Assembly: GCA_023665755.1 (NCBI GenBank)
Contig: JAMPDF010000002.1
Span: 136,953-200,952 of the forward strand
From: Prevotella sp.
Lineage (GTDB): Bacteria; Bacillota_I; Bacilli_A; ML615J-28; CAG-313
Direction of reading: 5' to 3'
DNA: 64,000 nt
The notes under the pieces are model-generated. The model was not told the origin of the DNA. It ran no database searches and was given only the letters and a program-made list of their open reading frames with translations. This document shows, one piece after another, positions 38,473-47,269 of this stretch. Within the stretch, counting starts at the first letter, position 1. Each line of letters begins with the position of its first letter. The position numbers and the translations under genes are program-made.

Positions 38473-39021
38473 ATGAACATCAATGATAACATTGAAAAGA
38501 TTTTAATTACAGAAGAAGCGTTAGATGTAAGAATTAAGGAATTGGCAAAAGAAATTAGCAAGGATTATGTGGATAAAAAACCAGTTATGATTTGTCTGTT
38601 AAAAGGAAGCGTATCTTATTTTGCGCATCTATGTGAACAAATGAATATTCCACTAGAATATGAGTTTTTAAGGGCTTCTAGTTATCATGGCGCAACTACT
38701 ACTGGTGAAGTAAAGTTGTTACATGTGCCAACGATTTCATTAAAGAATCGTCATGTTGTCATTGTTGAAGATATTGTAGATACTGGTCTAACACTTACCG
38801 CAATCAAAAAGGTGATGTTAGATATGGAACCTGCCTCTTTGAGCATTACAACTCTTTTAGATAAACCAGCGAGAAGATTAGTGGAAAATATGACACCAGA
38901 ATATATTGGGTTTGAAATTCCTGATGAATTCGTTGTTGGATTTGGATTAGATTATAATGAAGAGTATCGCAATTTGCCTTATATTGGGGTATTGAAAAAA
39001 GAAGTATACCAAAATGAATAA
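38473..39021 (+). CDS. hpt: Hypoxanthine(-guanine) phosphoribosyltransferase
   Basis: PRPP-binding motif VVIVEDIVDTGLTL and DEFVVGFGLDYNEEYRNLPYIG. Confidence 0.9.
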   Translation: MNINDNIEKILITEEALDVRIKELAKEISKDYVDKKPVMICLLKGSVSYFAHLCEQMNIPLEYEFLRASSYHGATTTGEVKLLHVPTISLKNRHVVIVEDIVDTGLTLTAIKKVMLDMEPASLSITTLLDKPARRLVENMTPEYIGFEIPDEFVVGFGLDYNEEYRNLPYIGVLKKEVYQNE

Positions 39022-39027
39022 ATCAAC

Positions 39028-39060
39028 AACAAGACTTGTTCTATCAAGTCTTGTTTTTTT
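39028..39060 (+). terminator. Rho-independent terminator after hpt
   Basis: 11-bp perfect stem AACAAGACTTG / CAAGTCTTGTT, 6-nt loop, T-rich tail. Confidence 0.85.
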
Positions 39061-39147
39061 ATCATTATAAAATGATTCATCTTCTTTTCTTTTACCATAA
39101 AATGTGTTATAATATGTAAAATAAAATATAAATGAGGAGGAAAACCA

Positions 39148-41550
39148 ATGAAAAAATTAGGATTTTGGTTATTTGGTCTTGCGCTTGCTTGTACATATCT
39201 TACATCATGTGGACAAGTGATGCATATCCACCAATATGAAGAAAAGATTGTAGAGGCTACTTGTACGATAGATGGCACAATTACGAGAACTTGTACAGAT
39301 TGTGGAAAAAGCATCATACATCAAATTATACCAGCGCTTGGTCATGATTGGGATGAATATAAAGTAGACCAAGAAGCTACTTGTACGACGGCTGGCCAAA
39401 GACAACATACTTGTAAAAGATGTGGTTATTTAGAAGTAGAGTCTATTCCTGCCTATGGACATGATTTTATGGTGAAGGAACTCCAACCTACTTGTACAAG
39501 GGCGGGCTATACGATTCATATATGCTCTACTTGTCATTTGATTGAAAAAAGTGATATGGTTTCTCCATTAGGGCATACCCCAGGCGATTGGGAAACGATG
39601 AAAGAAGCGACTTGTACAGTAGAAGGAATCAAAGTGATTTCCTGTCTAACTTGTCAAACGCCATTAGAAAGTCAAACCATTCCTGCAACAGGCCATATCT
39701 ATTCTAGTGCATACACCTTTGATGAAGCATATCATTGGCATAGACCAACTTGTTGTCATAGTGATTTAAAACAAAATATGGAGCCACATCATATGGTAGA
39801 TGGAGCTTGTACGACTTGTAGTTTTAGTTATTATCGGTTTAAATCCATTCAAGATGGCCATGCGTATGAAATCACTAGGGGAACAACAAGACCCAAAGGT
39901 CATTTGGATATCCCTGCTATGTATAATGGAAAACCTGTTGTAAGTATTGGACTCAATGCTTTTGGATCAAGTAAGGATTTAATATCTGTGACCATACCAG
40001 AAGGCATTACGCAAATTGGAACAGGCGCATTTGTAAATTGTACTTCGCTAAAGGAGATTTATCTACCAAATACAATTGAAACTATAGGAAAGAATGCATT
40101 TTATAAATGCGCTCAGCTAGAAATCATTACGCTTCCTTCATCATTGGCACTGATTCAAGAAAAAGCTTTTCAAGATAGCAAACAATTAAAACAAGTCTAT
40201 TATGAAGGAACACTAGAGTCTTGGTTTTCAGCTATTCAATTTTTAGATAAAACAGCCAATCCACTATATTATGGAGCACAGCTATATATTCAAGGCAAAG
40301 CAGTAGATGAAACAAGCATTCCTACGACAATTACAAAAATTGGAGATTATCAATTTGCAGGAAACCAAATGCTAACTACATTTACGATTCCGGATCATAT
40401 CACCAATATAGGCAAAGACGCCTTTTATCAGTGCAGCAATTTAAGTAAAATCACACTTCCTAGTACTATCCAAGAGATAGATTCTAGTGCGTTTTATGGA
40501 TGCCCTTTAGATGAGGTCTATTATGAGGGGACAATTGAAGATTGGTGTAAAATTCAATTTGTTAGTCAATATTCGAATCCAATGATGGTAACGAATCATT
40601 TTTATATGCAAGGCAAAGAGGTCACTGAGATTGAAATTCCAAAAGAAGTGACCGAGATAGGGGCTTATCAATTTACAGGGTTTAAACATATAACAAAAAT
40701 GGAGATACCGAGTCAAGTGACTATCATTGGTCAAGGTGCATTTCAAGATTGTGATAATTTAACCAAATTGACACTTTCAAAATACGTGCAAACGATTCAA
40801 AGTTCTGCCTTTTATAATTGTTCCGCATTAGATTCGCTTTTTTATGAAGGTACAATGACGGATTGGTGTCGTATTGCTTTTGGGGGCAGATGGGCCAATC
40901 CAATGTACTATATCAATCATTTTTATATAGGAAATGAAGAAGTGTCACAAATAGAGATTCCAAGTGAGGTGACGCATATAGGTGATTACCAGTTTAGTGG
41001 CTTTTGGAAACTTCAAGAGATTACCATTCCTGAACAAGTAGTATCTATTGGATATGGGGCGTTCCGTGACTGCGATCGTTTAAAAACAATAAAAATGCCT
41101 CAACGGTTGAATTCTATTGGCGCTTTTGCCTTTCACAATTGTTACCAATTGACCGAGATAGTAATACCAGAAGGAATTACTTATTTGGATAGGTATACAT
41201 TTTATAATTGTTATCGATTATCGAAAGTTGATTTACCAAGTACTTTAGTCTATATCGGTTCTAGTGCTTTTGGTAATTGTTCAGGATTAACTACACTTGT
41301 GATACCAGATACTGTTACAGAAATTCATTCTAGTGCATTTGGGTATTGTAGTGGATTACAAACTGTCATATTACCTAAAGGGATAAAGGATATCAGCGGT
41401 TATGCATTTGAGGGGTGTTCTATGTTAGATAGTATATCTTATAGTGGTACAATTGAGGAATGGAAGCAAGTAAATTGTCCATACAACTTGAAGTATCTTT
41501 CAAATATTAAAAAAATAGTATGCCAAGATGGAGAAATTATATTAGACTAG
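39148..41550 (+). CDS. BspA-type LRR (LRR_5) surface lipoprotein with N-terminal Cys-rich repeat modules
   Basis: Lipobox LTSC. Four to five Cys-rich modules are followed by LRR_5 units (IPEGITQIGTGAFVNCTSLKEI and similar). RBS GAGGAGG. Confidence 0.8.
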   Translation: MKKLGFWLFGLALACTYLTSCGQVMHIHQYEEKIVEATCTIDGTITRTCTDCGKSIIHQIIPALGHDWDEYKVDQEATCTTAGQRQHTCKRCGYLEVESIPAYGHDFMVKELQPTCTRAGYTIHICSTCHLIEKSDMVSPLGHTPGDWETMKEATCTVEGIKVISCLTCQTPLESQTIPATGHIYSSAYTFDEAYHWHRPTCCHSDLKQNMEPHHMVDGACTTCSFSYYRFKSIQDGHAYEITRGTTRPKGHLDIPAMYNGKPVVSIGLNAFGSSKDLISVTIPEGITQIGTGAFVNCTSLKEIYLPNTIETIGKNAFYKCAQLEIITLPSSLALIQEKAFQDSKQLKQVYYEGTLESWFSAIQFLDKTANPLYYGAQLYIQGKAVDETSIPTTITKIGDYQFAGNQMLTTFTIPDHITNIGKDAFYQCSNLSKITLPSTIQEIDSSAFYGCPLDEVYYEGTIEDWCKIQFVSQYSNPMMVTNHFYMQGKEVTEIEIPKEVTEIGAYQFTGFKHITKMEIPSQVTIIGQGAFQDCDNLTKLTLSKYVQTIQSSAFYNCSALDSLFYEGTMTDWCRIAFGGRWANPMYYINHFYIGNEEVSQIEIPSEVTHIGDYQFSGFWKLQEITIPEQVVSIGYGAFRDCDRLKTIKMPQRLNSIGAFAFHNCYQLTEIVIPEGITYLDRYTFYNCYRLSKVDLPSTLVYIGSSAFGNCSGLTTLVIPDTVTEIHSSAFGYCSGLQTVILPKGIKDISGYAFEGCSMLDSISYSGTIEEWKQVNCPYNLKYLSNIKKIVCQDGEIILD
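39226..39822 (+). repeat. Four-and-a-half tandem ~38-40-aa Cys-rich coding modules (H-x-[AP]TCT-x2-G-x5-C-x2-C-x-IPA-x-GH)
   Basis: Read from the translation: EATCTIDGTITRTCTDCG..IPALGH; EATCTTAGQRQHTCKRCG..IPAYGH; PTCTRAGYTIHICSTCH..SPLGH; EATCTVEGIKVISCLTCQ..IPATGH; then a degenerate fifth copy. Confidence 0.8.
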
Positions 41551-41565
41551 AAATCTAAAAAAGAA

Positions 41566-41598
41566 AAAGGGAATTATCGAAAGATAATCCCTTTTTTT
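41566..41598 (+). terminator. Rho-independent terminator after the second LRR lipoprotein gene
   Basis: Stem GGGA(A)TTATC / GATAATCCC with a GAAA tetraloop, then T7. Confidence 0.8.
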
Positions 41599-41695
41599 AC
41601 CTGATGATATTAAATAATAAAATTATCTATTTCATTCAATAATTTTACAAATTGTGATATAATAGTTTTACATCTTTTGTAAAGGAGGAATAGGA

Positions 41696-42310
41696 ATGAC
41701 AGCTGTTGCGAAATTGATTAAGGCTAAAACGATTTCTTTTTCTGAAGAAATATTATCTCATTATAAAGCATTGCATTTAACTGAGGTAGAAGCTATTGTT
41801 TTAATTCATTTATATAGACAATTAGATGCCAATAATAACCTTCTTTTGATTGATCACTTGGTTGAAAAAATGACATTGGGTGAAGAAGAACTTTCTAATT
41901 TGGTGATTGGCTTAGTTCAAAAAGGATATATTGAACTAGTAGTAGAAGAAGAAGAAACATTTAAACTAGATGGCATATATGAAGCATTAGCAAAAGTATT
42001 AGATGAAGAAGAAGATTCAAATCACTATGAACGTCAAGATTTTTTAAGCCAAATTGTGCTCTACATTGAAACTACGTATGCAAAAGTACTTACACCAGCT
42101 GATTTGATGATTATCCATCACTGGATAGATTTAGGATATACATTAGATGAAATTAAAAAAGCTGTTTTGGACAGTTTAAAGGCCAAAAAGATGCACTTAA
42201 AATATGCGGATGCTATTTTAGCCAACCGCAAAGCAACCTCAAATCGGCCAACTGTTGAATACGACGAAGATATTAAAAGAATGTTGGATGAAATGTATGT
42301 TAAAAGATGA
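41696..42310 (+). CDS. dnaD: DnaD-domain replication initiation/helicase-loading protein
   Basis: C-terminal DnaB_2/DnaD-type segment LTPADLMIIHHWIDLGYTLDEIKKAV. It is followed by nth, as in the Bacillus dnaD-nth arrangement. RBS AAAGGAGG. Confidence 0.75.
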   Translation: MTAVAKLIKAKTISFSEEILSHYKALHLTEVEAIVLIHLYRQLDANNNLLLIDHLVEKMTLGEEELSNLVIGLVQKGYIELVVEEEETFKLDGIYEALAKVLDEEEDSNHYERQDFLSQIVLYIETTYAKVLTPADLMIIHHWIDLGYTLDEIKKAVLDSLKAKKMHLKYADAILANRKATSNRPTVEYDEDIKRMLDEMYVKR

Positions 42311-42932
42311 TGTAACCTATATATTAGATGAAATAGAAAAGATTTTTCCCAATGCTTCTTGTGAATTGACTTATCATAATATGTATGAATTAATTGTTGC
42401 GGTGAGTCTATCGGCACAAACCACAGATAAGGCAGTCAATATTGTTACGCCTCGCCTATTTGAGGCTTATCCTACAGTTCATGATTTAGCTAAAGCAAAC
42501 CCTGCTGAAGTGAAATCATACATTCAAACTATTGGTTTAAGTAGTAATAAAAGTAAAAATATTGTAGCAATGGCTAAAATGGTTGTAGAAGAATATCAAG
42601 GAGAGATCCCTCATACGCAAGAAGAATTAGAAAGACTACCCGGTGTGGGAAGAAAAACAGCCAACGTAGTTTTAACAGAAGGGTATCATATTCCAAGAAT
42701 TCCTGTAGATACGCATGTAGAACGAGTTTCAAAACGATTCGGTATAGCTAATGAAGCAGATAATGTTGTTGCTGTAGAGGAAAAACTGATGAGTTTGATT
42801 GATCAAAAAAGATGGCATAAAGCCCATCACTTGCTCTTGTTTATGGGACGTTATCAATGTTTAGCCCGTAATCCCAAATGTGAAGGTTGCTTTTATCAAT
42901 CCAAATGTTTGTACTTCAATCATAAAAAATGA
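42297..42932 (+). CDS. nth: Endonuclease III
   Basis: HhH motif LPGVGRKTANVVL and 4Fe-4S motif CLARNPKCEGCFYQSKC. I prefer the ATG at 42297 (MLKDDVTYIL), which overlaps the dnaD end by 14 nt. Confidence 0.9.
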   Translation: MLKDDVTYILDEIEKIFPNASCELTYHNMYELIVAVSLSAQTTDKAVNIVTPRLFEAYPTVHDLAKANPAEVKSYIQTIGLSSNKSKNIVAMAKMVVEEYQGEIPHTQEELERLPGVGRKTANVVLTEGYHIPRIPVDTHVERVSKRFGIANEADNVVAVEEKLMSLIDQKRWHKAHHLLLFMGRYQCLARNPKCEGCFYQSKCLYFNHKK

Positions 42933-42940
42933 CAAATTCT

Positions 42941-42981
42941 CCCCCTTACTGTATTTTATAATACATACAAAGGGGGTTTTT
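42941..42981 (+). terminator. Probable terminator after nth; its 3' arm contains the RBS of the next gene
   Basis: Stem CCCCCTT / AAGGGGG (42941-42947 / 42970-42976) with an inner stem GTAT/ATAC, then T5. Confidence 0.5.
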
Positions 42982-42986
42982 ATTTG

Positions 42987-43169
42987 ATGATTGTAAAAAT
43001 ATTTGATGAGGAACATGAACTTGATCTAGAAAGAAAGGTCAATGAATTTTTAGCTAATTTTATGAGTAATGAAATCATTGACATCAAGTATCAAGTCGCT
43101 ACACTTTATGATGGTAGAAGTCAAATTTATTGTTACTCCTGTATGATTTTAGTTGATGATGAACATTAA
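42987..43169 (+). CDS. Cse60 (YteV)-like small protein
   Basis: MIVKIFDEEHELDLERKVNEFL...IDIKYQV...IYCYSCMILV resembles, from memory, the B. subtilis Cse60 family. A TTG at 42984 is an alternative start. Confidence 0.55.
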   Translation: MIVKIFDEEHELDLERKVNEFLANFMSNEIIDIKYQVATLYDGRSQIYCYSCMILVDDEH

Positions 43170-43198
43170 AAGACCAAAGAAAGTTTTTCTTTGGTCTA
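43168..43198. terminator. Hairpin terminator between convergent cse60-like and rqcH genes
   Basis: 11-bp perfect stem AGACCAAAGAA / TTCTTTGGTCT with a 5-nt loop. The T-run is on the minus-strand side. Confidence 0.6.
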
Positions 43199-44791
43199 TG
43201 ATTTGGGATCAATATAGATTGTTTTTTGATGGGTATAAGTAACCTGAGAACCTGGTAATCCAGCAATTTTTTTGACGTATTTTGCTAACGTATAATCGAT
43301 TGGAACAGTCGAAGAACGACCTGCTTTAGAGAAACGTCCCGCAAGTTCTGCACAAAATCGAATCTCTTTTTCTGACAATAGATAGTCACTAGAAGGACAC
43401 CGGAATAACACATGAGAACCAGGTACATCTTTGGCATGAAACCACCAATCAAAAGGTTTAGCCATTTTATGTGTAATGGTATCATTTTGGATATTGTTCT
43501 TTCCGACTAATACCTCAATACCATCAATATCATATTTGGTTAGTGTTAATCCTTTTTTCTTTGGTGCATTTCTTTTTTTGGCTTTTATGTATTTATTTTG
43601 AACTAGTTCATCTGTAATTTCAGTTAAATCGCTTGGACTTGCAAATTCGATTTGAACAAAAATAGCATCTAAGTAGGCCAATTCTTGTTCGGTTTTTTCA
43701 ATTTGATGAGCAATTTGAATCAATGCATTTTTTGCCTTTTTGCCTTTTGTAAAAATACGTTTGAGATTTTTACTAGGATCTAACATTGGATCTAGTTCAA
43801 TGTCAATCGGGATATTCTGATTGGTAAAATCCAATACAGTGATGCTTCTATCTCCTTTTTTTACCGCATATAAATTGGATTGTAATAAAAGACCTAAATG
43901 ATTGAATAGGATATTTTGATTGGCTTCATCTAAATCTTGATGAAGATGATCCAGTTTAGTTGTCAATTTAACTATTTTGGTCTTAACCACCTTTTTGAGT
44001 GCTTTCGCTTTATCGGTATAGACTTCTCGATAAGACTGATAATAGGTAGAAAGCATATGAGAAATAGAATCAAATTGATCAATGACCACCTCTTTAGATG
44101 GAAGTGGAAGAAGATAAAAATCATATTTTTCTTGGTACCGATAAATATAAGGATGGGGCTGATGCTGTAAAGCAAGGTATAAATACTCTACATGAGGATA
44201 TTCACTTGTCAAGATTTTGGAACATCCTTCTAACTGGTCAATGGCCACCTCTTTTAAAAACAAAAAGGGGTTTATTGCTTGTTCTCTAAGTAGGGGAACA
44301 TATTTTGATTTGGGTAAAATGAGCCTAGTAGCTTCTTCTGTTGGGGGAAGTTTTCGTATAGCATCTATGATTGTACCATCTTCATCAATTAAAATCAAGT
44401 TGCTATTTCGACCCATCAATTCGAATACAAGTGTATAAGTAACCAAATCACCTAATTCAGAGTAAGACCGAATATCAAAACAAAGAATACGATCATTTTG
44501 AATTTGGCGAATATCTTGAATAATGCCCCTTTCAATATATTTCCGTAAAACCACACAAAAGTTTTTAGGTACATCTAAAGAGACAATTTTTTCATCTGTT
44601 AGATATATTCTAGGCATATCTAGGCTTGCTGAAATGAATAGTTGTTCTAACTTTTTATCGGTATCTTTTGAGCGAATTTGCAAAACAATATCCAACAAAT
44701 TCGGTTCAATAATTTTATTGATCTTACAGCCAACTAGTTTTTCTTTGAGTTCGGCTATAAGATAGTGAATGAAGACGCCATCATAAGGCAT
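43196..44791 (-). CDS. rqcH: NFACT-family ribosome quality control protein (fibronectin-binding protein A / RqcH-like)
   Basis: MPYDGVFIHYLIAELKEKL N-terminus after RBS GGGAGGTGG. NFACT-R/DUF814 motif DWWFHAKDVPGSHVL. The ORF-track N-terminal extension to 44953 has no RBS and runs into gmk. Confidence 0.85.
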   Translation of the reverse strand: MPYDGVFIHYLIAELKEKLVGCKINKIIEPNLLDIVLQIRSKDTDKKLEQLFISASLDMPRIYLTDEKIVSLDVPKNFCVVLRKYIERGIIQDIRQIQNDRILCFDIRSYSELGDLVTYTLVFELMGRNSNLILIDEDGTIIDAIRKLPPTEEATRLILPKSKYVPLLREQAINPFLFLKEVAIDQLEGCSKILTSEYPHVEYLYLALQHQPHPYIYRYQEKYDFYLLPLPSKEVVIDQFDSISHMLSTYYQSYREVYTDKAKALKKVVKTKIVKLTTKLDHLHQDLDEANQNILFNHLGLLLQSNLYAVKKGDRSITVLDFTNQNIPIDIELDPMLDPSKNLKRIFTKGKKAKNALIQIAHQIEKTEQELAYLDAIFVQIEFASPSDLTEITDELVQNKYIKAKKRNAPKKKGLTLTKYDIDGIEVLVGKNNIQNDTITHKMAKPFDWWFHAKDVPGSHVLFRCPSSDYLLSEKEIRFCAELAGRFSKAGRSSTVPIDYTLAKYVKKIAGLPGSQVTYTHQKTIYIDPKS

Positions 44792-44907
44792 AATTCCACC
44801 TCCCATGCTGCATTTATTATACACCAAAAAATTTAAAATAACAAAATTATTGAAAAAAAAACATAGAAGTGATAAAATAAGAAAAATAATATCATAGAGG
44901 TGTGGAT

Positions 44908-45525
44908 ATGAAATTAAATGAAAAGGGATTATTGATTGTAATTTCTGGGCCATCAGGAGTTGGAAAGGGAACCGTAAGAAAAGCTCTTTTTCATCGAGAT
45001 GGTCATAATCTCGATTTTTCAGTATCTATGACAACGAGGCTTCCACGAGAAGGTGAAATAGAAGGAAAAGATTATTTCTTTGTCACCAAAGAAAGATTTG
45101 AAGAAGAACTAGCTAATGGGAATCTATTAGAACATGCCAAATTTGTAAATAATTATTATGGTACACCAAAGGATAAGGTTGTAGAACAATTAGAACAAGG
45201 CAAAGAAGTTGTTTTAGAAATAGAAGTACAAGGTGCGTTACAGGTCAAAGCCAAAATGCCTGATGCGGTATTTATTTTTATTGCTCCCCCATCTTGGAAA
45301 GCATTAGAAACAAGGCTAGTTCATCGTGGAACAGAAACAAGCGATATCATCTATGAAAGGCTCAATAAGGCAAGACATGAAATTATGTTTGCATCATCCT
45401 ATGATTATATTGTGGTCAATGATGAAATAGAAAATGCTGTAGATAAAATTATAGCTATTATTCGGGCAGAACATGCCAAAACAAGTAGAACACTTGAGGG
45501 ATATTATAAATTAATGGAGGAATAA
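44908..45525 (+). CDS. gmk: Guanylate kinase
   Basis: SGPSGVGKGT P-loop and TTRLPREGE motif. The ATG at 44908 lies 7 nt after AGAGG (a GTG at 44902 is an alternative). Confidence 0.95.
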   Translation: MKLNEKGLLIVISGPSGVGKGTVRKALFHRDGHNLDFSVSMTTRLPREGEIEGKDYFFVTKERFEEELANGNLLEHAKFVNNYYGTPKDKVVEQLEQGKEVVLEIEVQGALQVKAKMPDAVFIFIAPPSWKALETRLVHRGTETSDIIYERLNKARHEIMFASSYDYIVVNDEIENAVDKIIAIIRAEHAKTSRTLEGYYKLMEE

Positions 45526-45528
45526 ATT

Positions 45529-45753
45529 ATGGAAAATATGAAAAATGAAAGAGATGGTTTACGTTACCCATCAATTGATGAATTGACTGATAAATCCTCT
45601 TCTAAATATAAACTAGTGATTGCGGCGTCTAAACGGGCGAAAGAAATTGATTTATCTAAAAAAAGTTATTTAGAATCAACGAAAAATTTCAAAAGCATTG
45701 GCATCGCCCTTGAAGAAATTATAGCAGATAAAGTGAAAATTGCCGATGAATAA
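45529..45753 (+). CDS. rpoZ: DNA-directed RNA polymerase subunit omega
   Basis: LRYPSIDELTDKSSSKYKLVIAASKRAKEI. Its position directly after gmk matches many Bacillota. Confidence 0.85.
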   Translation: MENMKNERDGLRYPSIDELTDKSSSKYKLVIAASKRAKEIDLSKKSYLESTKNFKSIGIALEEIIADKVKIADE

Positions 45754-47245
45754 AATGGAAGCACTACAAATCTATCAACAAATCAAAGCGAAAATCAATG
45801 CTTATCAATATGCGCTTTATTTAATCAATTGGGATTCTGAAACAGAAGCTCCAGTAGGTTCTTTTGAAGAACGGAGTAAACAAGTTGGAAAATTAGTAGA
45901 AATGATGTTGGAATGCTCACATGACCCTCAATATATGGAAGCATTAAATCAATTATCTAGCCATAGGGATGAATTAGATGAAGATACTAAACGAGCAATT
46001 ATCAAAGATAAAGAGGCATTAGATAAGGAATTAAAAATACCAACAGAAGAACTTGTAGCTTATGAAATGTTACTTGCAAAATCGCAAACCATTTGGCAAC
46101 AAGCCAAATTATCCAATGACTATGCTATGTTTTCAGGAGCACTCAAAGAAATCATTGCCTTTCAAAGAAAATATATAGGGTATTTAGAAACAGAAGAACT
46201 TAAAGGTTATAACGTCTTATTGGATGATTATGAAAAAGGCTTTACCCAAGCAGATTACGATAATTTTTTTGGAGTTTTGAAGGAGGAGTTAGTTCCTTTT
46301 GTTAAATCAATTACAACCAAACCACAAATCAAGGATGATTTTATCAAAAAGAGTTATGCGATTGAAAAACAAAAATCCTATGCCCGCTATTTGATGAATG
46401 TCATGCTATTTGATCCGCAATATGGTTTAACCAAAGAATCTGAACATCCATTTACTTCTGGATATGGTACAACAGATGTTCGTGTGACCTGTCATTATTA
46501 TGAAAATCTACTTACTTCAAGTATCTTCTCTATGATTCATGAACTTGGACATGCTACTTATGAAAGACAGTGCAATCCAAAATATGATGATACTGCATTA
46601 GCAGGTGGAACAACAATGGCTATGCATGAATCACAATCTAGGTTTTATGAAAATATTATTGGACGAAGTGAAGCATTTTGGAAAACACATTTTCCTAAAT
46701 TAAAATCTTTATTTGAAGAAGAACTCAAGGAAGTTACGGTAGATGATTTTTACCAAGCAGTGAATAAAGTAGAAAAATCTCTCATCCGAACGGAAGCAGA
46801 TGAGTTAACCTACCCATTACATATTATGGTACGTTATGACATTGAAAAAATGATTTTTGAAGAAGGTGTAGATGTAGATAATTTACCTAGCCTTTGGAAT
46901 CAATTATATAAAGATTATTTAGATATAGATGTGCCAAGCGATACGGAGGGTATTTTGCAAGATGTACACTGGGCAGGTGGATCATTTGGATATTTTCCAA
47001 CTTATGCTTTAGGTAGTGCTTATGCGGCACAACTGTATTATCAAATGAAAAAAGAACTTGATATAGAACAAGCCTTTGGTGAAGAACAATTGCATATGGT
47101 AAATGATTGGTTAAAAGAAAAGGTACATCAATTTGCGGGAAGTAAAACACCAAAAGAAATCTTATTAGAAGTAACAGGTGAATCATTTAATCCACATTAT
47201 TATGTTACTTATTTGAAGGAAAAATATAGTAAAATATATCAATAG
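45746..47245 (+). CDS. Carboxypeptidase M32 (Taq-type metallocarboxypeptidase)
   Basis: HELGHATYE zinc motif and HESQSRFYEN. The start is ambiguous (TTG 45740, ATG 45746, ATG 45755) and the gene overlaps the rpoZ stop. Confidence 0.85.
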   Translation: MNKMEALQIYQQIKAKINAYQYALYLINWDSETEAPVGSFEERSKQVGKLVEMMLECSHDPQYMEALNQLSSHRDELDEDTKRAIIKDKEALDKELKIPTEELVAYEMLLAKSQTIWQQAKLSNDYAMFSGALKEIIAFQRKYIGYLETEELKGYNVLLDDYEKGFTQADYDNFFGVLKEELVPFVKSITTKPQIKDDFIKKSYAIEKQKSYARYLMNVMLFDPQYGLTKESEHPFTSGYGTTDVRVTCHYYENLLTSSIFSMIHELGHATYERQCNPKYDDTALAGGTTMAMHESQSRFYENIIGRSEAFWKTHFPKLKSLFEEELKEVTVDDFYQAVNKVEKSLIRTEADELTYPLHIMVRYDIEKMIFEEGVDVDNLPSLWNQLYKDYLDIDVPSDTEGILQDVHWAGGSFGYFPTYALGSAYAAQLYYQMKKELDIEQAFGEEQLHMVNDWLKEKVHQFAGSKTPKEILLEVTGESFNPHYYVTYLKEKYSKIYQ

Positions 47246-47269
47246 AAAGTAAACTTGTAGGAGGCAAAT

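Noticed and set aside
42255-42296. Longer nth start at 42255
   Set aside because: It would overlap dnaD by 56 nt. Endonuclease III homology begins near MLKDDVTYILDEI (ATG 42297).
44792-44953. 54-codon N-terminal extension of the NFACT/rqcH ORF overlapping the gmk start
   Set aside because: The conserved NFACT N-terminus MPYDGVF begins at 44791 with RBS GGGAGGTGG. The extension is hydrophobic low-complexity sequence in the divergent promoter region.
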